NCBI GenBank assembly: GCA_963718915.1
Contig: CAVRAI010000013.1
Span: forward strand, 360,001-392,000
Direction: 5' to 3'
Origin: an uncultured Chloroflexia bacterium
Lineage (GTDB): Bacteria; Chloroflexota; Ktedonobacteria; Ktedonobacterales; JADMIN01
DNA length: 32,000 nucleotides
Shown: in pieces, positions 9,330 to 18,147 of the stretch
Numbering within the stretch: the first letter of the stretch is position 1
Layout of the letters: each line of letters starts with the position of its first letter
Made by a program: the position numbers and the translations under genes
Notes under the pieces: generated by a model
Told to the model about the DNA's origin: nothing
Databases searched by the model: none
What the model saw: only the letters and a program-made list of their open reading frames with translations

Positions 9330-10268
9330 ATGGCAATGGACGAACAAGCAGCGGCTTACGAGGCTGCCAGGGCCGCATCCCAGGCAGAGCGCGACCGCGA
9401 CACAACGACTGAGGCAGATGCATCCGACTTGAGCAATCTGGCGCAGAGCGATAGCTTACGCTTGTATCTGCGTGAAATCTCCAGGATACCTCTGCTCTCG
9501 GCTCAGGATGAATTGTTGCTTGCGCATCGCATCAGGCTTGGCAGCCGCGACGCGCGCAATCATCTGATCGAGGCGAATCTTCGGCTGGTGGTGAGCATCG
9601 CCAAACGCTACGTCGGCCAAGGCATGGCGCTTGAAGATCTCGTCGGCGAGGGCAATATCGGTCTGATTCGCGCCGTCACAAAGTTTGACCCTGACCGCGG
9701 TTTCCGCTTTTCGACCTATGCGACCTGGTGGATTAAACAGGCCATCACCCGCTCCATTCTCGAAGGGACACGCGCCGTTCGTCTGCCCGTCTATATCATG
9801 GAAGAAGTCATGCGGGTCAAACGCACCACCCGCCAGCTTTATCAAGAGCTTGGGCGAGAGCCAAGCGCCGAGCAAATCGGCGAACGGCTGGGAATCACCG
9901 GCGACCGGGTGAGCGAGTTACTGGTCTGGGCAGAGAAGGTCTTCTCGCTCGACGCGCCACTCTCAGAGGATGAAGAGAACTCCCTCGGCGACATCATCGA
10001 AGACCAGCATCAGCCGGGTCCCGTAGAATCCACCGACCGTAGCCTTCTGCGCGAAGAAGTCTACCGCGTGCTCAACAATCTCACCCAGCGGGAACGCGAG
10101 GTCATCGAACTGCGCTTCGGCCTGATCGACGATCAGGATCATACACTTGAAGAGGTCGGGCGCAGACTGAAAGTCACCCGCGAGCGCGTTCGCCAGATCG
10201 AGGAGCGCGCCATTCGCAAGCTACGCCATCCGCAGTCGAGCCGCCTGCTGCGCGAATACCTGGGCTAA
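9330..10268 (+). CDS. RNA polymerase sigma-70 family factor (RpoD/SigA-like, group 1/2)
   Basis: Region 2 reads [41 protein letters not shown]. Region 3 is present. Region 4.2 reads [29 protein letters not shown]. At 312 aa it lacks a long region 1.1. Confidence 0.9.
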   Translation: MAMDEQAAAYEAARAASQAERDRDTTTEADASDLSNLAQSDSLRLYLREISRIPLLSAQDELLLAHRIRLGSRDARNHLIEANLRLVVSIAKRYVGQGMALEDLVGEGNIGLIRAVTKFDPDRGFRFSTYATWWIKQAITRSILEGTRAVRLPVYIMEEVMRVKRTTRQLYQELGREPSAEQIGERLGITGDRVSELLVWAEKVFSLDAPLSEDEENSLGDIIEDQHQPGPVESTDRSLLREEVYRVLNNLTQREREVIELRFGLIDDQDHTLEEVGRRLKVTRERVRQIEERAIRKLRHPQSSRLLREYLG

Positions 10269-10429
10269 TCAGCGAAGTCGGGCCGCCTCTTCCCCCTTTG
10301 AACCGGTGATACGTCCACGCAGACTACACGTCGCCCCGCATCCACGTGCCAAGCGGCGCTGCACGATGTATGATAACGACGCACAAGATTCAGCCGGGCA
10401 AAAATTGCTGATGGTGGAAGGGCATACAG

Positions 10430-11476
10430 ATGGCTTCAACGGACACAGACAGAATAGATGTGCTGGTGCTTGGCTGTGGCGTTTCCGGCCTCTCAACGGC
10501 TATCCGACTCATAGAGCAGCAGCGGGAACAAGGCCAGAGGCGAGTCACAATTTGGGCGCGCAGAGTTCCACCAGACACCACCTCGAACATCGCCGCGGCC
10601 GTCTGGTACCCTTATGATGCCGGATCCAACGAGCAGGCAGTGAAGTGGGGCGCGATAGCCTATAAAGAGTTTGGCGCCTTATTGGGAATGCCCGGAACCG
10701 GCGTGATCTGGCGGAATGCGCTCGAGCTGCTGCCAGAACCCGATCCCAATGGGCCATGGTGGAAGGCCAGCGTGCCTGGCGTCGCGCACGCGCGCCCCGA
10801 TGAGCTACCTGCTGGTTATGCGGACGGGTTTGTCTTTGACGCCCCAGTGATAGATACCTCAATCTATATGAGCTATCTGCGCGCCCGATTCGAGGCCGCT
10901 GGTGGCGTCATCGTCGAAAACAGAAAAGTAGATGACCTCACGGAAGCGTTCGCCGTCTGCGATAGAGTGGTTAACTGCACAGGCCTGGGCGCACGCGAGC
11001 TGGCTCATGATACAGCTTTCAGGCCAACACGAGGCCAGGTGGTACGTGTCAGGCAGAATGGATTCAGCCGCGTACTGATAGACGACCACGGACCAAAGGC
11101 ACAGCCGTACGCGGCTGGAAAAATGGCTTATATTGTTCCGCGTATTAGCGACATCATCCTCGGCGGAACCGCCATCGTAGACGATATCACCGCCGACGAC
11201 GACATCAAACAGATGATTGACAGCGACGAGGTACAGGCCATTATTCACCGCTGTGCCGCGCTGGCGCCGGAGTTTGCGAACCTCACACCAGACGACATTC
11301 TGGAGGTGAAGATTGGGCTGCGTCCAGTGCGCTCAGATGTACGGCTAGAGCGGGAATCACCCGCGCCAGGACGCTGGCTCTTCGCCAACTACGGTCACGG
11401 TGGCGCTGGAATAACGCTCTCCTGGGGATGCGCCGCGGAGGTTGCCGAATATATCGAAGCGACTGACACGCCATGA
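10430..11476 (+). CDS. FAD-dependent D-amino-acid oxidase (DAO family)
   Basis: N-terminal dinucleotide fold IDVLVLGCGVSGLSTAIRL and the C-terminal DAAO signature NYGHGGAGITLSWGCA. Confidence 0.8.
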   Translation: MASTDTDRIDVLVLGCGVSGLSTAIRLIEQQREQGQRRVTIWARRVPPDTTSNIAAAVWYPYDAGSNEQAVKWGAIAYKEFGALLGMPGTGVIWRNALELLPEPDPNGPWWKASVPGVAHARPDELPAGYADGFVFDAPVIDTSIYMSYLRARFEAAGGVIVENRKVDDLTEAFAVCDRVVNCTGLGARELAHDTAFRPTRGQVVRVRQNGFSRVLIDDHGPKAQPYAAGKMAYIVPRISDIILGGTAIVDDITADDDIKQMIDSDEVQAIIHRCAALAPEFANLTPDDILEVKIGLRPVRSDVRLERESPAPGRWLFANYGHGGAGITLSWGCAAEVAEYIEATDTP

Positions 11477-12432
11477 ACACGCCTGATCCAGCCTTAGCGC
11501 AAAATGCCTCCATGGCGGCGCTTGGCAATATCGGTATCATCGGCAGCGGCGCGGTTGGCGGCGCCCTGGCCCGCGCAATCGCCGCCGCGGGCGGCATGGT
11601 TATCGCGGTTTCCGCACGCAATCGCGAACATGCCGAGGCGCTGGCCCAACAAATTCCGGGCTGCCGGGCATTCGCCACTCCCGAGGAGGTTGCGGCGGTC
11701 AGCCGCCTCGTGCTGCTCGCGGTACCCGACGATGCGATTATTCCAGTCGCCGAACATATCCACTGGTCAGCCAAACAATGCGTCGTGCATCTCAGCGGAG
11801 CGATGAGCGCGCGCGTGCTTGCTGTCGCCGCGGAGTGCGGAGCATCAGTGGCGGCCCTGCATCCGCTGATGACGTTTACACGGACGCTGATCTACTCGCC
11901 GTTGGACGAGATACAGGAGCGACTTCGTGGATGTGTCTGGGCGCTGGAGACGAGCGATGATATTTTACGCGATACGCTCCGCAGGATGGTGATTGCCCTT
12001 AACGGGAAGGTCGCGCTGCTAAGCGAAAACGACCGCATCCCCTATCACATCGCGGGCGTGCTTGCTTCAAACTATGTGGTGACGCTCATCGGCGCCGCAG
12101 CCGCCCTCTGGGAATCGTTCGGGGCAGACGCATCGTTGGCCCGTGAGGCGCTACTGCCACTGCTACGCGCCTCAGTAGAGAATCTGGCAGCGATGCCGCC
12201 CTCCGCCGCGCTCTCCGGCCCGATTGCCCGTGGCGATCTGGGCACGCTACATGCTCATCTCGACTGGCTCGCATCCGCCGCGCAGACCAGCCCGGAAATC
12301 AGCGCTCTCCGTGACGCCTATCTGGCGCTCGCCCGGTTGACCGTGCCCCTGGCAGAAGCAAAAGGAACACTCGCCGCCGAACGCGCCTCCGCGCTCCTCG
12401 CGCTGCTCGAAAACGCCCAGAACAGAGAATAA
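11473..12432 (+). CDS. Rossmann-fold oxidoreductase, DUF2520-type (ProC/ketopantoate reductase-like N-terminus)
   Basis: IGIIGSGAVGGALARAIAAAG NAD(P) fold followed by a helical C-terminal domain. Its ATG overlaps the DAO stop (ATGA at 11473-11476). Confidence 0.7.
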   Translation: MNTPDPALAQNASMAALGNIGIIGSGAVGGALARAIAAAGGMVIAVSARNREHAEALAQQIPGCRAFATPEEVAAVSRLVLLAVPDDAIIPVAEHIHWSAKQCVVHLSGAMSARVLAVAAECGASVAALHPLMTFTRTLIYSPLDEIQERLRGCVWALETSDDILRDTLRRMVIALNGKVALLSENDRIPYHIAGVLASNYVVTLIGAAAALWESFGADASLAREALLPLLRASVENLAAMPPSAALSGPIARGDLGTLHAHLDWLASAAQTSPEISALRDAYLALARLTVPLAEAKGTLAAERASALLALLENAQNRE

Positions 12433-12443
12433 CGAACGCCCGC

Positions 12444-14068
12444 TCACTCACTGGCAGGCGACTCGTCTGATGTCGGCGGGGCATTTCCGTCTTCATCAGC
12501 CGCATGAGCGTCGTCGCTCAGCCCCTCGGTATCGGGAGCAATTTCGGGAAGCTGTGGATGGCTAATCTGATCGGGCTTACCGAGCACATCTTCAAACATC
12601 AGCAGCCCAAGCGCACGCGCGCCACGAACGAAATACCGAGTATGCGCCCATTGCTTTGTTCCTCTTGTCAACTTCACAAGATCGAGAAGCGCGTTCTCTG
12701 ATTGGCCCTCAGTGGAGGACAAGGAAACGACTGTCTCGGCAATGTCACTCATCAATATGACACCACTTGCATTTGTTGCGACTACGGCCAAAACAGCACG
12801 CGCCGATACCTGAGCGGCGGCGAACATCATATGGGCAGCGTCTTCAGCAGACATTTCACCACGCTGTAGAAGAACGTGGCCGGGGGCCAGCGCAAATACG
12901 CGCAGCGCTATCAAGTGCTCTAACCAGAAGTCTGTACCGCTCCTAATGCCATATCCCACACTGCTGAGGCGCGGCCTCAACACGTTTCCAAGTGCGGAGT
13001 GAAAAAGCGCAATTCGTTCCTGATCAGACTTCGCTGAATCGAGGCTCCATTGATACGCATCGAGCGTCTCCGCGATGGCATAGTAGAGTTTCCCTTCACC
13101 CGAAGCGGGGATTGTTTGACGCCCCCGTGGTACAAATGCCGGTTGATGTGAGGACTTCCGCTTCGCATTTTTCTTACGCTTGTGGGCTAGACGAGATGGT
13201 GTTGGTATCTTACTATGTGCTTGATCGGACGCATCGCTGCTGGACTCTGTAAGAATTGACGCCAGTTCAATGACATTCACGCCTAGATAGTGCGCAACAA
13301 CATTATACGGAGGCGCGGGGCGCAACGCCCACACCTGCACGCGATGTCCAAGCGCGACCAGGCGATAGATGAGTGGAACATAGTCACCGTCTCCTGACAC
13401 AATGATGAATTCCTGGCCGGATGGACCAAGTAACGCTCGTTCGAAAGCATGCACAGCGATTTCCCGATCCACAGCCTCGCCGATAACCCCTTTCCGGTTG
13501 GATTGTGCGGAACATCTATCGGGCGAAAGCCAGAGCGATACAAAGCCTTGTATTTTGCCGAGGGCGCTGTATGTGACGCATCCATAAAGTAGAGCAGATC
13601 CGCTCGGCGACCGTCGAGATACTTCGTGAGAAAGTCTCTGAACGACCGGATTGTCGCTTCTGAGAGCTGATTTTCGGCGTCCAGGTAGACCGAGACAGGA
13701 GGAATGAGTGCAGGCGTCATCGCCAGATAGGAGTGCTTGCGATAGGACGGAACGAACAACAATACCAGCGCCTCGACGAAAGACAGGGCGATCAGCGCCG
13801 CAAGTAGCGTTCTCGTATCAAGCGAACCAACCCACCGCGCGATGAATGAGATGTCGTCTTGCGCCTGCCACTGCCAGTCTGGTGGAACCGCGAGCCAGGC
13901 AATCGCCAGTATCGTGAGCGCCAGCAACACACACATGAGCATTATTCGCGCGCGTGACCGCCGCGCCCAGAACGTCCGCCACGAAAAACGCAATCTTTCC
14001 ACCGAAGCCCTCCGCCATGCGTATCGCAAACCTCGAATGGTAGCATGCGGCGTGTGAGCACAGACCAC
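12444..14068 (-). pseudogene. membrane-anchored NYN (LabA-like/PIN-like) domain protein, interrupted by a frameshift
   Basis: ORF 13283..14068 encodes 2 TM helices plus the first half of an NYN domain (VSVYLDAENQL...GFRPIDVPHNPTGKG). ORF 12444..13472, in the -1 frame, continues it (VIGEAVDREIAVHAFERALLGPSGQEFIIVSGDGDYVPLIYRLVALGHRVQVW). The join falls at the C4T3 run at 13487-13493, and one extra G on the coding strand restores a single ORF of about 540 aa. Confidence 0.7.
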
Positions 14069-14148
14069 CAGTCAGTCTATTATATCGAACGAGCGGCAAT
14101 CGTCAATACAGGAATATGCGATCTGGCGGATGACTGGCCTCCAGAACA

Positions 14149-14181
14149 TGAGGGAGCCTCTCTTTGCGAGAGGCTCCCTCA
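14149..14181 (-). terminator. strong hairpin, probable terminator of the upstream membrane-protein gene
   Basis: Perfect 14-bp stem TGAGGGAGCCTCTC / GAGAGGCTCCCTCA with a 5-nt loop. It lies 52 nt after the stop at 14233 and before the NYN gene start. There is no clear U-tract. Confidence 0.55.
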
Positions 14182-14232
14182 GTGGCTTGTCTGTTCGTCC
14201 GTGCAGTCTTGTGTGGTATCGGCTGTCCGCCG

Positions 14233-15690
14233 CTACGACGTTGTCACCAGGTCATCAATCTTCCATACGCCATTTTCGAGCACAAACTCAACCTTGGTAT
14301 TCAACGTATCCTTAAAATTCAGCACAGCAATCGAGTCGGTAATCGGGATAACCACCGAAGCGCTGTCAGACTTCACCGTGTACGTTGTGAGGTCAGGCGT
14401 GCCACACGACCATTTCACCGTGTAGCCATCAATCGTCTGGAAACTTGTGATGAATTGGGACTTGGTAATGGTGGCCTGCGCTGCCGACGAGAGCAGCCCA
14501 TAGGCATCTCCGTAACTTCCCGCCGCGAAGAGTGTGCAAAACGTGCCACCCAGAACGAGCGGACGCAAATCAGTGCCGTTGAGCGCCGCATCGGTTGCGT
14601 CCAGCTTCCAGGCGGAGCCTTCGGCCTTCAGTGTCACATCGCCTGTACGAGCGCCCAGTTTAGAACGGTTCAACTGGATGGTCAGATGGGTGATTTGGTC
14701 GTTATTCCCCTGTGGCACTTTCGCCAGCGCGCATGTCGTGATCGCGCCGTCTATCTCGTCATGCAGCTTGCCAGACGCAACAAAGTCGTCGCGCGAGACC
14801 AGCCCCTGCTGCGTACTATCCAGTAAATCGTAAGCAGCCGAGTAGTCCTGGCCCTGCATGGCTGCACAGAACGCACCCGACGCCTGCAACGCGCCGATAT
14901 TTACGCCCAGCAGCGACGTATCGATGCTATCGATCTTCCACGACCCGTTCTGGTTCTTCAGATGCAAGGCGCCAGTCATATTCCCCTGCGTCACGCGGGT
15001 CATTTGCGCGCCGACCGTCGCCGTACTCGCGCCAAGGCTATACACGTAGGTATTGCTGCCCTGCGCCTGCTGGCATCCTGTGACTCTCCCCTCAGCGGTA
15101 TCCAACGCGGCCACACCAGCGCTGAAGGAGGTCTTTGAGAACGTGGCTTGTAGGTCAGAACTCAGCTCGCTGTAGGCGCTATCGTAGCTCTGCGATTTGA
15201 GATCGTTACAGAACTTCAGCGCCGCGGCGCCTGGCGCCGCGAATTGATTGAGGAGGAAAATCGCTGTTCCGCCAAGCAGGCCGCCCAGCACCAGGATAAT
15301 CGCGCCCACCGTCAGGGCAATCTTCAGGCCGCGGCGCGACTTCTTCGGCGCGGGTGGCTGCGTGAAAACCGTCTGCTGGCCATAGAGGGGTTGAGACATT
15401 GGCCCAGGATATGGCTGGCCCGGATAGGGCTGCGATGGCCCACCTTGATATGGCTGGGCTGGAATACCCTGGTACGGTTGGGACGGCGCTCCCGGCTGGC
15501 CATAGCCCTGGCCGCCATAGTTGCCATACCCCCCATAACTACCATAGCCTCCCGAGCCTCCCGAGCCTCCCGAGCCTCCCGCGGGCTGGCCACCCTGGCC
15601 ACCTCCAGGCGTCTGGCTCTCGCCGCCCGGCTGGCCACCATATGACGTGTAGCCGTTTGGATCATATTGATCGGTCATCGCCTGTGGCAC
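14233..15690 (-). CDS. single-pass membrane protein: G/Y/Q/P-rich N-terminal region plus three tandem Cys-pair (NTF2/DUF4878-like?) domains
   Basis: 485-aa ORF. Residues about 8-110 are low complexity (GGSGGSGGSGGYGSYGGYGNYGGQGYGQPG, QPYQG repeats). The TM helix is at about 121-147. Three repeats of about 105 aa each carry F-C, Y-x2-AY-x-LL, a second Cys 44-45 residues later, and a terminal W-K-I/L-D. The ATG at 15678 (MTDQYD) may be the true start, because AGGAG overlaps the GTG at 15690. Confidence 0.8.
   Translation of the reverse strand: MPQAMTDQYDPNGYTSYGGQPGGESQTPGGGQGGQPAGGSGGSGGSGGYGSYGGYGNYGGQGYGQPGAPSQPYQGIPAQPYQGGPSQPYPGQPYPGPMSQPLYGQQTVFTQPPAPKKSRRGLKIALTVGAIILVLGGLLGGTAIFLLNQFAAPGAAALKFCNDLKSQSYDSAYSELSSDLQATFSKTSFSAGVAALDTAEGRVTGCQQAQGSNTYVYSLGASTATVGAQMTRVTQGNMTGALHLKNQNGSWKIDSIDTSLLGVNIGALQASGAFCAAMQGQDYSAAYDLLDSTQQGLVSRDDFVASGKLHDEIDGAITTCALAKVPQGNNDQITHLTIQLNRSKLGARTGDVTLKAEGSAWKLDATDAALNGTDLRPLVLGGTFCTLFAAGSYGDAYGLLSSAAQATITKSQFITSFQTIDGYTVKWSCGTPDLTTYTVKSDSASVVIPITDSIAVLNFKDTLNTKVEFVLENGVWKIDDLVTTS
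15546..15581. repeat. perfect 9-bp tandem repeat x4 (AGCCTCCCG), in-frame, coding for GGS repeats
   Basis: Read directly from the sequence: agcctcccg repeated four times without a mismatch, inside the low-complexity head of the 14233..15690 CDS. Confidence 0.9.
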
Positions 15691-15916
15691 TCCTTATCGT
15701 CTGGCTGCATGGCGCAGCGCGGTGGCGTGCGCATACCCACGCGCATACATGAGCCACCGATGTGTGAGACGAGAGAATCGAGCGGGAGTAATCCAGAATG
15801 GCAAAAATACTGACGAAGTACCGCATGTATTCGCACCCACTCATGCCGTAGTCAACGACTATAAGAAGTCGCGGGAGGCGAGCGTTATCTCAATGCGCCA
15901 GCACTGGTTTTTCCGG

Positions 15917-16429
15917 CTATGGATTGCGATGCGTCGTCACATGAGCCTCCGGTGGATGTTGCAACGTCTGGTAGACGACACAGTAGCGCTCGGTCAGGCG
16001 GATGAGGGTCGCCAGTTGTTCGTCGGTGGCGTCGGTATCCAGATCAAAATGCAGGTCTATGCGCTGAAAACCCACGGGTACATCCGAGCCAATGCTCAGC
16101 GTGCCGCGAAAGTCCAGCACTCCCTCCGCGCGGACCACACCATCGCGTACCTCAACGCCGATGGCCGTCGCTACCGACGACAGGGTGACACCAGCGCAGG
16201 CGACCAGCGCCTCGAGCAGCATGTCGCCGGAACAGGCGGAGAGACCGCTCCCACCCGTCGCCGGATGCAATCCCGCCTCGACGAGCGCTTTGCCCGTTTG
16301 CACGTTACAGGTAATGCCCTCGCCCAGCTTGCCCTCCGCTCTGAGGGTAATGAGGGCAGCCTCAGGCTCCGTGCGATAGCGTTGCTTCAATGGCGCTTGC
16401 AGCGCGCGTAACTCTTCAGATTTCATCAT
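15917..16429 (-). CDS. OsmC/Ohr-family peroxiredoxin-like protein
   Basis: 170-aa ORF. The blocks HPATGGSGLSACSGDMLLEALVACAGVTL and LTERYCVVYQTL match the OsmC fold with its conserved Cys pair. Confidence 0.8.
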   Translation of the reverse strand: MMKSEELRALQAPLKQRYRTEPEAALITLRAEGKLGEGITCNVQTGKALVEAGLHPATGGSGLSACSGDMLLEALVACAGVTLSSVATAIGVEVRDGVVRAEGVLDFRGTLSIGSDVPVGFQRIDLHFDLDTDATDEQLATLIRLTERYCVVYQTLQHPPEAHVTTHRNP

Positions 16430-16666
16430 TGGCCTCCCAGAAGACCGATCATCGAGTGCGAACGCATACGCTCAGGTGTCTTGTGATGCTTCGTACCGAT
16501 TCGAGACGATTCATGATAGTTCGCTAAGTATAGCGCATTTGCTGTTTTCTGTAGTCTCAGACTATAGGAAGACGGCACTGGCGAGAATTCGCTATACTCT
16601 GGAACACGGGATGTTTGCAACCCGACATCCCTCTGCATGATGTGACTGATTGGTCAGGAGATTGCT

Positions 16667-18100
16667 ATGCCTTCTGCCGCAACATCACTGCTGACACACC
16701 CTGCCTCAGAACTGGCCGAGCTGGTGCGCTCGGGTCAAATCCGCTCGCGCGAACTGGTCGAGGCGGCCCTTGAACGCATCGCGGAAATGCGCGCGCTCAA
16801 TGCATTTACGCTCGTGGATGCCGAAGGCGCGCTGGCCGCCGCCGACGCTATTCAACCAGGTGATCCCCGTCCATTCGCGGGCGTTCCGATTGCGATCAAG
16901 GAGCTGAATGCGGTTGCTGGCCAGCCGCTGACGATGGGGTCAGACCTCTATGGTGACTATCGCCCCGACGCCGATGCCTATGTCGTACGCCGCCTGAAGG
17001 ATGCGGGTTTCGTGTTGATTGGCCGTACCGCCGCACCTGAGTTCGGTATTTTGCCCGTCACCGAGTCGCGTCGTTTTGGCCCGACCCGCAATCCCTGGAA
17101 CCCCGATCATACCCCCGGCGGATCCTCCGGTGGCGCGGGCGCAGCCGTCGCGGCGGGCATTCTCCCGCTGGCCCAAGGCTCCGACGGCGCCGGATCTATC
17201 CGCGTGCCAGCGGCATGTTGCGGGTTAGTGGGCCTGAAGCCGAGCCGCGGGCGCATCTCACCAGGGCCAGACCTTGGTGACAGCTTCCTCTCGACCAGCG
17301 CTGTGCTAACGCGCACCATCGGCGACACCGCACGATTACTCGACATCATGACGGGCTACGAGATCGGCGACGCAACCTGGGCGCCACCACCCGCGGAGCC
17401 ATTTATCGTCGCGGCCACTCGCGCGCCAGGACGGCTGCGCATCGCGTTGGTGACGGAGTCGCCACTGGGAACGGCGGTTGACCCGGCCTGCGTGCAGGCA
17501 GCGCGCGACGCGGCGAAGCTGCTGGAATCGCTGGGGCATACTATCGAGGAGGTCACGCCGTCTAACTGGGATCAGCGGCCATTAGTTCCCATTTTTTCCA
17601 CGGTCTATGCGGCAGGCATTGCGAGCGGAGTGTCGTTCGGCGCGATGATCCGCCAGCGCCCGCCACAGCCCGAGGACGTTGAGCCGCTGACCTGGGCGTT
17701 CTGCCAATTGGACGCAACGCACCGGGGCGCCGACCTGCTGGCCGCAATGACCCAGCTTCAGGGGCATGCTCGCCGCATGGTTGCTGATTTTTCGACGTTC
17801 GACATGCTGTTGACCCCGGCGTTGGGGCAGCGTCCTGTACGCATCGGCGAGATCGACGCATGCTCCCCTGAGCCAATGCAAGCCTTCGACCGAGCGATGG
17901 CGTTCTCGCCATTCACAGCGATCTGGAACGTCACCGGCCAGCCCGCCATCTCACTGCCACTCTACCAGGGCGCCGATGGTCTGCCACTGGCGGTGCAACT
18001 GGTGGGCCAGCCACTGGGAGAGGGCACGTTGCTGGCGCTCGCCAGCCAGCTCGAGGCGGCGCTACCCTGGGCCAACCGCATGCCAATGCCCACTGTCTGA
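16667..18100 (+). CDS. amidase-signature (AS) family amidase
   Basis: Contains GGSSGGAGAAVAAG, the GSDGAGSIRVPAACCG Ser-cisSer region, and the catalytic Lys context PIAIKE. AGGAG lies 7 nt upstream of the ATG. Confidence 0.9.
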   Translation: MPSAATSLLTHPASELAELVRSGQIRSRELVEAALERIAEMRALNAFTLVDAEGALAAADAIQPGDPRPFAGVPIAIKELNAVAGQPLTMGSDLYGDYRPDADAYVVRRLKDAGFVLIGRTAAPEFGILPVTESRRFGPTRNPWNPDHTPGGSSGGAGAAVAAGILPLAQGSDGAGSIRVPAACCGLVGLKPSRGRISPGPDLGDSFLSTSAVLTRTIGDTARLLDIMTGYEIGDATWAPPPAEPFIVAATRAPGRLRIALVTESPLGTAVDPACVQAARDAAKLLESLGHTIEEVTPSNWDQRPLVPIFSTVYAAGIASGVSFGAMIRQRPPQPEDVEPLTWAFCQLDATHRGADLLAAMTQLQGHARRMVADFSTFDMLLTPALGQRPVRIGEIDACSPEPMQAFDRAMAFSPFTAIWNVTGQPAISLPLYQGADGLPLAVQLVGQPLGEGTLLALASQLEAALPWANRMPMPTV

Positions 18101-18111
18101 GTGCATACACC

Positions 18112-18145
18112 GGGACGCCAGGGGGACAGTTCACCTCGGCGTCCC
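18112..18145. terminator. hairpin between convergent genes (possible bidirectional terminator)
   Basis: GGGACGCC (18112-18119) pairs with GGCGTCCC (18138-18145) across an 18-nt loop. It lies between the amidase stop (18100) and the paralog A stop (18148). There is no U-tract. Confidence 0.35.
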
Positions 18146-18147
18146 GA

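Noticed and set aside
13487-13493. Possibility that the NYN gene uses programmed -1 ribosomal frameshifting at A-AAG-GGG.
   Set aside because: The heptamer is not a canonical X-XXY-YYZ slippery site, and I see no obvious downstream stimulatory pseudoknot or hairpin. A homopolymer indel, either a mutation or a sequencing error, is the simpler explanation. This is not fully excluded.
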